In this document: positions 23,946-37,185 of the stretch, piece after piece
How positions within the stretch are numbered: position 1 is the stretch's first letter
How the letters are laid out: each line of letters starts with the position of its first letter
Assembly (NCBI RefSeq): GCF_018977255.1
Contig: NW_024704743.1
Location: 77,006,001-77,070,000, forward strand
Direction: 5' to 3'
Length of the DNA: 64,000 bases
From: Callorhinchus milii
Lineage: Eukaryota
The notes under the pieces: model-generated
What the model was told of the DNA's origin: nothing
Seen by the model: only the letters and a program-made list of their open reading frames with translations
Database searches by the model: none
Position numbers and translations under genes: made by a program

Positions 23946-26900
23946 GTAGCCTCGCCTCACAGCCTGGCACCTCTTACTCTCCACACCAGTCAGCTCCTGA
24001 ACTCCCTCTGACAGAAACAATCCGATTAGTACAACAGAAAACAGGCCAATTGGGGCAGGGCTGCAGAGTTGTTCTGGGAAGCTGAAAAACCTGAGCAGGC
24101 GTAATCTGCCGGCTGGCTCCACAAACAGCAGAACTGAGACAGTCCAGACCCTCTACAAACTAACATCAAATCAGCACATGCTTAGAACATACAGGAAAAT
24201 TATCTCACCAGAAAAAAAAGACCACTCAGCCAAGGTTTGAGTAGAGATGGATGCATAATTTTCCTCAACGCTAACAGGAAAACAAACTCTATACCAGTCT
24301 TCAAGCACATTTTTTTTTCCATCAGACAATTCAAATTCTGTTCCTCACTTTATCCCTCCCCCCATTCCCAACCACACACAAACACAAACGCAGACTTTTC
24401 CAGCTCATGTTCGCCAGCCTCCATAGTCAGCTCTGGAGTCAGATAAGACCTGGAGCCATGAAGCTACACTGACTGGAAATATGTTTGCATTCCTGACATC
24501 TTTTCTCTTTTTATATTGACTTTAAAGGCTTAGTGAGTCAATGGGTCTGTCAGTCCTCGGAGAAACCTTTGCCTTGAACATCCTAAACATCTGAACCAAA
24601 TCACTCTAAGAAGTGATTTATTATGGAATCCCATTAAAAATCTCATCAACCTGTGAGAGCTCTGCTCCGGAAGTAGATTGCATGGAGCGGAACTTTGCCA
24701 GATCAGTGTGAAGGTTGCAGGTCACTGTTGCGGTCAAAAGTTACATTTGGTTTAGTCAGATTGCATCTATGGATTCAAACATTGTAAGTGTTATTGCCGG
24801 ATAAATAGCATGAACAACTATCCAAACCCAGCCTCACTCCATGTGATTGTTACACTGAGGCCAGAGAACCAAGAACATCTCCTTTCTTCCACAGCTGAGT
24901 GACTGTTACACTGAGATCAAGTGGGAGGTTGATGATATACTGTGTACCACACTCATTAACATCTTAACAGTTAGTTTTGGAGTGCGATACCTGAGAGCAG
25001 CTCAATGCAATGACCTCATAGTGATCAGCATGTATATCACAGGGTGTCTGAAGAAAGGATGACAGTCTCATGGTTAAAAACAAAACATTAAGTCATGTGC
25101 AAGTAGATGGGTGAATGGCTACCTCCCAGAGAAAGACAAGCAGCATTGTTAGCACATTAATTTGCAAGATCACAACACCACCAACAGAATGATGCCAAAC
25201 AACATGCAATTTTCATTCCTAAATACAAGATTGAGACAATGATAAGGATAAAATTGTGTATGGTTATTCTCCCTTTAATATATTTTGCAACAAAGGTTTA
25301 GAAACAATGCTATTTGAACAACAACGCTATCTTGCATTTCCTTAATGCTCGTCAAATGGGATAGAATGCTGCATAGTGCTCGGGTCGCACACCAAGCAAG
25401 GGAAGGGAAATGGAGGGGCCTATAGATGTGGTTGAAGCTGTGGGTTTTAAAGTGAAATTTCAGGACAGATAGAGGAGATGTGATGGAGAAGTAAAGGCAG
25501 AGCTCCAGAGGTTTAGGTTATAGTGACTGAAGGCTTCACCACCATTGGTTTGGTGCTGGTGAGGATGAGGGCAGCAGCATTTGGTTTTGGTGGCATTTTA
25601 TATTCTTTTCCAGGCAAAGAAATCTTTACAAGCTCCACAAATACTTAGAAAATGCACAGAAAGGGGACAGTGATGCATTTGTTAGAACAGATTCTCATGT
25701 CTATCCAGAGGCACATTACCTGTTTAATAATAATCCTTACATTTGATATAGTGCCTTATCATGCTGGTGAGATATTTCAAAGCACTTAACAGAATATACT
25801 GTAGAGTGAATTTTTCACAATCCAAAACAACAGTCTTGCAAGCTCTTATACTCACTGAATGAAATGCCAACTCCTTCCGCATTTCACTGTAAAAACTGGA
25901 CTTCTATCTAAGAGTCTCAGCAGCTCTGCAAGAAAGCACCATGACAGACGAACACAAGGTATTTTCCTGCATATCAGAGCAGTCCCCACTTATCCCTGAT
26001 TGAAAACCATTAGTAAGCATACACACCTGCTACCTAATAAGCACTGCTGTCAAAGAAGCAATAAATGGCCCTGGGTCAGAGTCATTGCAAAACAATAACT
26101 TCTTTTTATTTGCAACTGACTAAATTGGTTCTATTTCAGAATTGGGTAAATACACACTGGGTAAAAGGTGGTACAAACGATCCTATTTGACCTTATCTCC
26201 CTCCTTCCAGCTCTTCTTCCCCTCCCTCATCTTCTATATTGCTTGGCTTCCATTCTGAATATGTGAAGGACTTTGAAATGTTTAACTTAAGAAGTGCAAG
26301 TTATTATTGTATCAGCTGGAGCCTGAATGCTTCTAATCGATCACTGTAAAAATGTAGACATGTGATTACTACCTCAAGGGCATCTGATAGCACATTATAC
26401 ATGTCTTTGTCTTTAAACTTTTAACCCATAGTTCTTTAAGCGCCTTGGGACATCTTCCTGATGTGAAAGGCAACATATAAATGTAAATTATTTTGTATTT
26501 TGTTAGGATTGCCCCACATTTTCTCCTACATTTCTAAATATTAGAATAGTTTGTGGGTGAATCATAAATTGTGCAGGATAAAGCTGTTTATTAAATGCTT
26601 TGATTTGACAGATACATTACCAGGTAAGTGGCTTCAAACTTTTCCTTTGGGCAATATTACTAATTCAAAGCATTAGGTTTTACAGACAGAAACTACACAA
26701 CATATTTAGTCAAAATAGCTTTGCTTTTAGAATACCAGAGAGAGAAATAAAAGTAGTTTTGGTATCATATTCATCTTTTAAGTTCCTCTGGATCCTTCTT
26801 TTATCTTAGTCTATGAAGTAGGTTTTGAAACAACTAGAAAACTCTGGGATCTAACTTTTCTTAATGGGATTCCTTTATAAGGCACCCAAGCTCCTTCCTG

Positions 26901-28189
26901 GAAATGGAAATATGCCATATTGACCTGTAGGAGCTTTGCTTGGAAATCTCCTGCTTCCAGAGTTTCTACAGATCAACAGAAATTATAATAGAGTTCCCAA
27001 GTAAGGAATTAAATTAGATGCCAAATTATAAAATATTTTATTCATCTTCATATGAAAGGGAGATACCATTTACCACGTAAGCAATTAGAGGAGACCACAG
27101 TGGTATTTAGTGATCACAGTGTGATCACCAACGTATTTATGTAACTCCGTCATTGATAGATTTTATTTTTTTTAATTCAATAGTAGTGACTAACACTAAA
27201 ACCCGTAACCCACTCTGCAGAAGCACATAAGGGACGTTCTCCCAATGTGAAAGGCGTTATACAGCGCCTTGGGACGTCCTTCCGACGTGAAAGGCGCTGT
27301 ACAAATGTAATCTTGTTGTCGTTATATACAAATGTAAGTTTGTATTGTATTGTATAATGTTGCAACAAATAGAATATTACTAGCCAGTTGTCACATGGAG
27401 TGACATTTCCCAAGCTGTATTAGCTTTAAGCATCACCACATACTCGCAGCTTGCTTGACAAATAGATATTGCAGTCTAAAAATGATGGCAGCTATTTCCC
27501 TACTGTATGCCTTGAGCTATATCTCCCACGTGTAAACAAAGAACCACACAACAGACATATGCAATCTTTTGAAAAGTGGGCTGTTGCTGTTTTTTGTATA
27601 AATTTGAGTTTGAATACAGATGATCAATACCAGGGAGCAATACATAATAATTCTATGTCCCATGGTAACACAAAATAAAGCACAGATCCACTAGCGAGAC
27701 AGTAGTCCACTGACTTTGAGCCCATCATCCACTCAGGGGAAATGTATTGTCTGATAAAGTGATTAAAGTTAAAGATCCTAAGACGTCCCCGAAGACCACC
27801 AGAGATTAGAGGCTGGTGGTCCTCTTGTCTGTCTGAAATACTCAGTGGCTGAGCAGTGTCAGTCAGTCAGTCAGTCAAATGGGGTCAATCTGTGGATTCT
27901 CCAGGATGTCTCTGCATCCCCAGATTAGCTTGTATCTATGGAAACACACTCTGCCATGGAAATGGTTCTCATATGATGAGATAGTAAAGATTGTGACGCT
28001 TCATTCTCTGAAAAGAGTTACCGTGAAGGATGAGCTGTGTTGACTACAACTTAAGATTTATTTTGTGGCTTCCACATGAAAGAAATGTCTCTTAAGTGCT
28101 TCACAGAATGAAACTAATTAGAAAATGAAATGATTGTGGTCGAATAATTGCCATTTATTGTTTGGAGGTATTTTTCTTCAATTTTTAGC

Positions 28190-28451
28190 AATCTCTTCGA
28201 CTGCCCAATGGCTGACTTGTGAGAGGTAAAGTTGTCAAGGACATTTACATTTCTTGCTGCACCAAGGTGCTGCCTGTACACAGCGAACATGCATAGCCTG
28301 ACGTTCACGGAAATGTCAGAAATCGGACGTTTTTGTAGTTTTGTTTAACAATGGAATTTATTTTCCTCAATTCAGAAAAATTGGAAAATTTCACGAATAC
28401 CGATTTTTACCGATGTTTACCGATTTTTAACGATTAAAATTCAGAAACTGG
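28190..28451 (-). mobile_element. Probable DNA-transposon (hAT-like) end with 10-bp-period subterminal repeats
   Basis: accgat at 28399, 28409, 28419 and aacgat at 28429; minus-strand terminus ccagtttctgaatttt; locally CpG-rich. Confidence 0.45.
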
Positions 28452-30029
28452 TAGCCCAGAATACAAGCCAGGAAATCAGTGGACGGGAGGGACTCTGTAA
28501 TGCTTTGAAATTGAATCAGGGAGAAGGAGTGGGTTCTTCAAAACCATCTGAATCACACGACAGTCAGGAGTGAAATGAAAGACTTACTAAACAAAATCTG
28601 GGAATAAACAATCTTAATTAAAAAATCTGGGAATAAATCATAAGACATTATTACTTTAACATTTTGCATCTTATTACACAACTTTATACCATGATGATTT
28701 AACTGGGTGTTTTTGCGAGGCTAAAACGCTCTCTTTAAGTACTTCTTGTTTCCTCCTTTTTCCTCTGTTGGCCACATACAATTTACTGATAGAGGGGCAC
28801 CATCGTCCCAGACGTCTGCTATTCTGGAACCAGCTGCCAGAAAGACTCAATATGACCTTTCCTCCCTTGCTGCATTGCCTCTGTTGATATCACTGAAATG
28901 GGGACATGTGTTCAGGGACAACTCCTCCTCCCCCCACCATTCCACAACTCAATGACACAGTGCACCATTGCACCACCATGACAACAGAACTGGAACTGTT
29001 ACTTCTGATTTGAACATGATCACTATCAGTCAGTGTCACAATGTGCCCCACACACCCTTCTGGTTTTCCGCATGTCCTTTAGGGAAAGACCATTCAGTTC
29101 CTCTCTTTGCCCTGGCAACCCAATATGGCAAGAATCCAAATCCAGTCCCTAGCCATGACATACAGCATTGCATCATTTGCAAGCAAGCCCACTGAGTCAC
29201 CAAGTAGCTTCAGAAGTTGAGTACTTTCATCACGTTCCAGAGGTAAAAGTCAGATGCCATTGTGCCACCTAGATGCTGCTCCCTCCCCAATATAACATTC
29301 AGACACAACTAAAAGTAACTTGAAACATATCCGGTCCATATCTGAAGTTAGTTCCTCTTCATTCTGAACCCACTGCCACTTTTCTATTCAAGGCTATCAC
29401 AATCCACACGCTGCTATGAAACTTCACATTTGCCTGTCTCCCGCCACCCAATGTTACACCACAAGATTAAAAATTATTCAAATTTATTACAGCAGGTTCC
29501 AGCTTAGCATTTACGAACACCACTCCTACCCCTCCAAAGCCCACTGCTGTGTTCACCAGCGCTCAAATATAATTGACTTTAAAATATATTCTCAATAACT
29601 ATGGCACAGAAAGTGCTTGAATTTATTTTAAACCTGAAAATCCATAGTGAAAAATCCTGGCCTGTTTAAAACTGCAGTGTTTGTTTCTGGTGCATGTGCG
29701 TATGGAGCTAAGCCTCCCAGATAGCACGTGAGAGGGGTACAAACATGAGCTGCTGCAGTTTGTAATAAGGAGAGATAATAATGTCTGTAATCGAATTAAC
29801 ATTGCAGTAATTTGATGCTTAGCTCAGTTGCTTTTAGGTCAGTTTCTCAGAGAGAGATTCTCACTAATAATCAATTCAAAATTACAAGATAGCATTGCTT
29901 ACACTACTTACACTTACTGTAAATTACTTTCTGTGTTTGAGAACAATGTGTGGGATAACTTAGCTCTTATTCTATAAATTATTTGTAACTGCTCCACTTG
30001 AGATATTAAATGTTCCCCTCCCACACAGC

Positions 30030-30655
30030 CATGGAATTTTATAGCATAGAAGAAGGTTATTCAGTCCATCATGTCTGTGCTGGCTCATTGAAAGAGAAAT
30101 CTATTCGGTCTCATTTAACTGTTTTTTCCCCATCCCCTACCAATCCCGGGGAACCCCCCGCTCAAGGGGCATCGTCAGCAGCTCCACCTACTCCTACATC
30201 GGCATTTGGGCTTTCAGTGTATCTGCCCCACTCTCTGGACCTCCATGCTGCAGTCCCTTTTGCTCCCCCTTCCCTCACCTCTTTCAAGGTCCACCTCAAG
30301 ACCTTCCTCTTTGACTGCACCTTCGGCCATCTTCCCTTTTCCTCACCTGCAGCCCCTCACCCCCATCCCCAGTTAGGGTGCTAAACATTTGGCTTTCTAG
30401 CATTTTGGGATGTTCTCCCAATATGAAAGGCACAATATGAATGAAAATTTGCATTATAGTTTTCCTATACCCCTGAAATTACTCCTTTTTAGATATCTCT
30501 ATAGTTCACTCTTGAAAGCTAATATGGATCCTGCCTTGACCACTACAACCAGCAAGGCATTCCCAACAACTCTCTCTGCAAAAAAAATCCTCCAAATTTC
30601 CTTTATGGTCCTTTGGTATTTATCTTAAATTCATGCCATCTAGTCACTCTTGCAA
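30030..30655 (-). mobile_element. CR1 3' end with nested L2 3' end (+ strand, ~30145-30458)
   Basis: CR1 tail atagcatagaagaaggttattcagtccatc resumes after the L2 segment SLTSFKVHLKTFLFD..gggatgttctcccaatatgaaaggc. Confidence 0.75.
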
Positions 30656-32183
30656 AGAAAAAAACAAACTCTTTTGAGTTTGGGGTTGGGTATGTATATT
30701 TGTATTAGTCTGTGTGTGTCTCTGTGTGTCTCTGTATGTGTGTTTATATGTCTTTTTGTGATGTTTGTGTTAGTCTATTTACAGGTTTGGCATGCCTAAC
30801 TATGGAATAAAAGAATTCCATTTTAAACTATTCATAATGCTCTTCATATAGATGTCTTTTAGATAATTTAAATCTTATTCCCACTCTTTCTTCAATGTCA
30901 TTGTGTAAAATAGAGAAAATTGCTGAAATATGTTGGAAACTCGCCCGGCACCACCACCTAATTCTACAGACCTTTGGAGCTATAAAACAACAACGAATGT
31001 CCTCCCAAGCTCCCCCCTCTCCGGCCACAACCCCCTCCAGACAGTTAGGAATGTAGCAATATGACTACTTTTATTAGTTACAGTAGATATCAATTAAGCT
31101 GTGCTGTGGGACTACCATTTTGTGGTGGAGAAGATATACAGAAAGTAATCCAAAAGTATTTCAACTTTATTCACATGTTTGTGACATTTCAAAAACCTAC
31201 CAGCTAGTTCTAAGGAGGGATTAATAGTTAGTAAGAGCTAAATCAAAAAACAAAACAGGTACACAGCTGCAAAATCGAAATTTCTTATGATAAAGGCATG
31301 CCACTAAGTTAGATCATTTTTTCAGTAGTGAATAGGAGAAGAAAAATCCCTCACAGTAATTGGATGAGACATTTCTGGAATTACTTCAAGAGAACGTTTT
31401 AGAAATTTGGATAAAGCACATTTTTTTTCATCCCAAAAAGCCTTTTTATCCCAAAAGAGCAGGATTTCAGGCTCCAAGAAAAAAATAAACAAGTGCACCT
31501 CTCCAAAACCAACAAAATAGTGAGAAATGATCACTTATCTTATTGGATATTGTTGTTACTTAAGTAATGGCTGCATGTGTATCCTGCCAGACTGAGGATG
31601 GAATGGAGAACAGAAGAAAACTGAAGGCTAAGTCTATCTTTTGTCATTCAGCCTCTCCTTACTTTTGCTAAAAGACAATATTACCATTCATTATTGTCAT
31701 TCAATCTCATTAGAAATAGGTCTACATTTCAGTTCACTATTTTAGTATCTTTAATGTGGTCACCAACCTATTATCGTGTACACCACTCCCACCTCTGGTG
31801 CCTGGGTACATGTTATTTTATCGCCCATATGAGCAGTTATTGTCCTGTAAAGGTTTTTCTCCTTAAACCACAAACTTTGTTGTGCTGCTGCTTCCATGTT
31901 GGTGTGGAGAGGGAACATAACCTAGAGCAGGTCAGACAGGAGCCCTCTAATTCTCTGTTAGTATGTGGCACAGATGAACCCAACTGCGACAATGAAGAAA
32001 ATAACTTACCAAGAAGAGTATTAATCTTACTCCTGGTAGAACAAAGTTTCTCCTCTTCTGATGGGTGACAATTCCTTCACTTCTGGCCTCCAATTTTTCT
32101 TTCTGTCACAACGTTTTCTACCTTTCCCTGTTATAAATTCTACTATAGTCCGTCCATTTTCCCCCATCCATTCCAAGCTCCAA

Positions 32184-32428
32184 ATAACAATAATAATAAT
32201 AATCCTTACATTTGATATAGCGCTTTTCACGTCTTCTAGATGTCTCAAAGCGCTTCACAGAATATTGAATTGACCGTATATTTGTGGGGGAAATGCGACA
32301 GCCAATTGCGCACAGCAGTGTCTCACAAACAGTCGTGGATTGAGTAACCAAATTATTATTGGATTTTTTTCTTGAGGGATTATTAACAGGCGTGTGGAGT
32401 AAGGAAACTTGCCCAAGGTTTTGCCCTG
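32184..32428 (-). mobile_element. Young SINE, short subtype, head truncated
   Basis: (aat)n ccttacatttgatatagcgc..gtggagtaaggaaacttgcccaagg. Confidence 0.9.
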
Positions 32429-32734
32429 TTGCTTTACATGTTCTTTCTTCTCTTTGCATCCTCATCAGGTTATAATGAAAACTCATCACAGTATTTCCTA
32501 CTCTAACTTATTCTTTCCCAGAATCGCAAGATTATAAAATGCATTTGTTGTTTTACTTACAATTTTTGCTTCAAAACAAGCTTACCATCACCAAACCATT
32601 TCTGATCTAACAATGCATTTTCGTCTCTTTTGTTGGTGGTGCCCTTCCTAACTGGTCTTGCCCTTTCATCTTCTCAATCAATAAAATTGAAATCAACCTC
32701 AAAATCTATTAATCTTAATGTGTCACATCTTGGT

Positions 32735-33117
32735 CTAATGGCACTCCTGGTTTTGGGTCACAAGGCTTTGGGTTCAAACCGGACACTCCAATACAATGTT
32801 GGGCAACAGCTGTATTGTTGGAGATCCCAGCCTTTGGATGAGACATTAAACTGAAATTCTGTCTGCCTCTTCAGATGGATGTTGAAGATTCCTATCGACA
32901 CGGAGAAGGAAGCTTTCTTCCTGAGGTCTTGGCAAACAAATCTCCAAATAAAAAATTGATCATTCACTTCATGACAGTTTGTGAGATACTGTGCACAAAT
33001 TGCCTGCAGTGTTTGCAGTATTTGCAAATATACAGTCACTTCGCTTTGCAGAAACCCCAAAGGCATTTAAGACTTTTGAAATATAGGTGCTATATCAAAT
33101 GCAAAGATAATTTATTG
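32735..33117 (+). mobile_element. Old Deu-domain SINE
   Basis: gggttcaaacc..tttggatgagacattaaac..tctgcctcttcagatggatgttgaagat..tatatcaaatgcaaaga. Confidence 0.75.
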
Positions 33118-33769
33118 AATTGATTTTACATGAAACACAAGAGTGTACAAATTCCATTGAATAGAAGGATTACTTAAATTGGTGCCTAATGTACAACTCC
33201 AACAGAATTTCTTACACACACAAACTCCCTTTGAACAGTAATCCCACAATTTAACACAGAAGAATTGATACATTGTTAGTAAGTGGTATCTCAGGTTGCT
33301 TACCCTGTCCTGATGGATATCTAGAGTTATTTCAATTAGCAGTAATGTAATACATTGAATTATTGGTGAGTTAAGATACGGATGATTTTGTAAGCGGGTT
33401 GTAACTAATTAGCTGCACTCAGACGTAACTTTAAGTGAATTAAGAGCAGTCTGATTGAAATGAACCCTGGGAAAGCATTTCCACTGATTAAAGTGACGTT
33501 ATTGTTCAAAAGGATCTCTGTCCTGTCATGGCAGTCAGTCTGAGGAGGTTAAGATCAGACCAGGTGTATTGTCCTGCACACTGCACTGGCAGAAAATCCT
33601 CAAAGGGATTACACTTTAGTTGAAACACATTAGCCCAAGTCTATGTGTACACACATACACACCTATATAGAAGTGTTTATTGTGGTAATTAATGGATTTG
33701 AATGTGTTGTGAAATCCAAGCATTAATTAACCCTATTAATAGATAATGAACGCTGGGATGCAGAGGATA

Positions 33770-34221
33770 CAGAGGATCGAATTCAAGATCCTCATCCTCA
33801 CCTACAAGGCCATTCACGGCCTTGCTCCCTCCTACCTCTCCGACCTACTATCCCCCTACCTACCTGCCCGTACCCTCCGTTCCTCTGGCTCCGGTCTGCT
33901 CCACATCCCCCGCCCCAACCGCCCTACCATCGGTGGCCGGGCCTTCAGCCTCTCAGCCCCGAGGCTCTGGAACTCTATCCCCCAGTGCCTTCGCCGTCTC
34001 CTCCCTTTCCTCCTTCAAGGCCGGTCTCAAGACCTTTCTCTTTGACCGTGCCTTCAGCTCCCCTCTCGACTCTCTACCCCCTCCTCGCTCCCTCCCTTCC
34101 CTTCCCTCACCCTGACCATTTCCCCCCTGCTCGGGTCCTGACTCAACTGTACAGCGCCTTGGGACGTCCTCCTGACGTGAAAGGCGCTCAATAAATGGAA
34201 TCTTGTTGTTGTTGTTGTTGT
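33770..34221 (+). mobile_element. Young 5'-truncated L2 LINE
   Basis: RIEFKILILTYKAIHGLAPSYLSDLL..RTLRSS..GGRAFSLSAPRLWNSIP; CpGs retained; tail gcgccttgggacgtcctcctgacgtgaaaggcgc..(gtt)n. Confidence 0.95.
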
Positions 34222-34244
34222 ATTTGTGATGTTCACAGGCACTC

Positions 34245-34630
34245 TTTGTTTGGTCAGCCAGGGTCTGACACATGTGAAACCCTATAACCATGCTTAAGAG
34301 CATACAGAGAGTTCCACATATGTATGTTACCTGCACATGGATATTTCCCTGTTTATAATAAAATACATACTTTCAACAACAACAACAATTTGCATTTGCA
34401 TAGCGCCTGTCACACGGGTAGCATCTTGGAGGGCTTTGATTTGTATTCCGACTCAGAGCCCTGGAGGAAGCATCCTGCTTACCTAATTAGTATTAGGTGC
34501 AGGTTGGCAAGAGCCATGGCTTGGGGATCCCAGAGTATGCACTGGGGTAACTGTTGGAGGTTAACAGCTAAAACCCCATAGCTTGCCATCAAAAGCACTG
34601 GCTTCGTGCTTGTCCAGTTAGGAGCACCCT
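34245..34630 (-). mobile_element. Family X retroposon with nested L2 tail (~34374-34460)
   Basis: tttgtttggtcagccagg..ccatgcttaagag..catcctgcttacctaatt..ggcttggggatcccagag..cagctaaaaccccatagcttgcc. Confidence 0.75.
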
Positions 34631-34673
34631 AGGCATAAAACTGTTTCTGCAATTAGACTAGGTTACTGGCCTC

Positions 34674-34885
34674 AACAACAACAACTTACACTTATATAGC
34701 ACCTCCCATGCAGGGTAACATCTCAGAGCGCTTAACAGTGGCGGAACTTGACTCCGAGCCGGCGGGGAGATGGCCTTAAGCACAGTCAAAGAGGAAGGTT
34801 TTCAGGTGGGACTTGAAAAAGAGGTGAGAGGAAGCAAGGCAGAGTGATTGAGGGAGAGTATTCCAGAGTTTCGAGGCATAGCATA
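34674..34885 (-). mobile_element. L2 3' end
   Basis: (caa)n cttacacttatatagcacc..gagtattccagagt. Confidence 0.75.
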
Positions 34886-36764
34886 CTCAACCACACTTCT
34901 TGTAATCGATTCCCATCGTTAATTGCTGCCTAGGTAAATAAATACTTCCTGATATCTGTGCTGAAATTGCCCTTTACAAATCTGGGGATTGGATGTTTAT
35001 CTGCTATCACATCACTGGGATACAGATTCACATTGTCTGCACTGGGTCTCAAAGGTGTTAGACTCATATCCCTTCATTGCACCAAGAAAACAGATATGTA
35101 TCCCAACTAAACTGGCAGCGACTCCAAAGCACACTATCATAAGCCCATGAGGATTCAGGCACACACTTGCTACTAGTCTGAGATGAAAAAAGCGTCCATA
35201 CCCAACATTAGGATGCCAAATAAAATAGACTCGTACCCACTAACCCAAGCCAATGATATCAAGCTGCCACTGTTAGGAATAGCATGAACTGCTTCACTGT
35301 CACTATTAGCTACTGTTCATTAGGTGAACTTTTGGACTAAGAAAGTTTGGAGCCATTTTTTAAGAAAAATTTTCAGCGTATCTGATTCCAAAATAATTTC
35401 TGATATGGGCCAAATCAGATTTCTCATGACAAGCAGCAGTTGACCTAACTTGGTGGACCTTTTGCCTTCCCCTCTTCAGATTCATTGCATTCATGCTGAA
35501 AAAACTAACTGATATTCATACATCAGTACCAAAGGACTGACTCTCCAGCACAAGAAGTAAATATTTCAGACTTCCTTGCATTGCCATACCACATCCTGTC
35601 TGTCCAGATGGATATAGCTTAAATAAACATCTTTATAATCTTCTTCAAAACTAACTGCATTTTTAGATTTTCAGATTATAGCTTTGCACACATCCATGCT
35701 ACTCAAGGTCACACAGGCAACCTAGGAAGACTTTTTGTATTCAATGATTCTGCAGCTTGGACAAAACACAATGTATATCCATTAAAAGACAACATGAGTG
35801 AATTGAATTAAGTAATTGGTAAAGAACTGCTTTTACAAGACATTATAAATAGTATTGAAGCCATTCAATGAGCCAGAGATGTGGAACATTCCAAAACACT
35901 TCATCGTCCAAATATTGCAGAAGCATTTCTGTATCACATCCAAAAGTAACACAGTTAGAAACTAGCATTTTACACAGATCAAGCTATAAACAGACATGTG
36001 TTGTCAACACCTTTTCTCTTGTTGCGGTCTGCAATTTTTAGCTTTATGCTTTTCCTCTCAATATTTTTTACAGCAAAACAGATGATTTCTGCTCCAAATT
36101 GCTCATGGAGCTGACTACTCAGACCTCAGCTGAGGGACACCTCAAAGCACCCAGCTGGGGAACACATGCCAATATTTCTTTTGCAAAACTTCTGTGTGCA
36201 GTTTTTTTCCCTTTATTTTCTGAAGGTGTGACCAAGGCATGATATGGGCAAGCCATATGAGAGTCAACACATTGAATCAGCTCAGCACCCCCAAAGTCAT
36301 TCTCAACAGTAATTTGGAGAAGCCAGATCCACGGTATGGACTTTCCATCTCTTAGATTGCTATCTTTGACAAGTGCTTGGCAGGATACTTGCTCTCAAGC
36401 AGTTTTTTTTAGTTTCCTTAAAGATGGTATCCCGCTAACCAGCATTGGAAGGGCATGACCCATAAGACAGAGGTGCACCAGTACAGACCCAGCTTTTCTG
36501 ACTTTCTTTGGGCTGCAGGAGGACTGCTTCCAGGCCAATCAATAGAATAAATATCACATGGACCAAAAGTCACTCCTTAATCTCAAACACTTTAGTTGCT
36601 CATTTCACATCTCTGAAAAACAGACAAGAATGCCAAATGTGTAAGCCTGGATAATGATTGCTGATAAGCACCACCACTGTAGCAGGCATTAAAATGTCAG
36701 CGTGACTCAGTCATGTGCTATGACTCAGCAGTGGCTGTGCCTCATTGTGTGTGTGTATGGTGGT

Positions 36765-37185
36765 CGAACGCAGCAGCCAATTTGCACAGAGCAATGTCCC
36801 ACAAACTGCCATGAAATGAGTGTCCAACTTTATTTGGGGGATTGTTCACCAGGGCACAGGGAGTAACCCGTTTCTCTTTTCGAATAATAGCATGGGATCT
36901 TTAACATAATAATAATAATCCTTGCATTTAATATAGCGCTTTTCACATCCTCTAGACGTCTCAAAGCGCTTCACAGAATATGCTGTAAAGTGAATTGACT
37001 GTATATTTGTGGGCGAAACATCCACCTGAACAAGCAGACCGCACGTTTAATGCCCTCATAAGAAGGATGGCACCTCTGACTCTGGCACTGCATTGCAGTA
37101 TTAGTTTTGACATATGAGTTCCTATGCGACATGGGGATTGAACCCACAATACAACCTTCTGACACAGAGACGAGTGCCATCAATT
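36765..37185 (-). mobile_element. Old Deu-domain SINE with nested 3' fragment of young SINE (36908-37016), TSD aacat
   Basis: gggatctttaacat [insert] aacatccacctgaac. Confidence 0.85.

Noticed and set aside
28114..28308. LDNFTSH resembling a pogo/Tigger DDE motif
   Set aside because: Too short and no supporting motifs in the ORF
33746..34045. ORFs with convincing protein motifs (also 49526-50053, 41029-41247, 43717-44100, 13265-13447)
   Set aside because: Truncated or frameshifted LINE ORF2 remnants, not host genes
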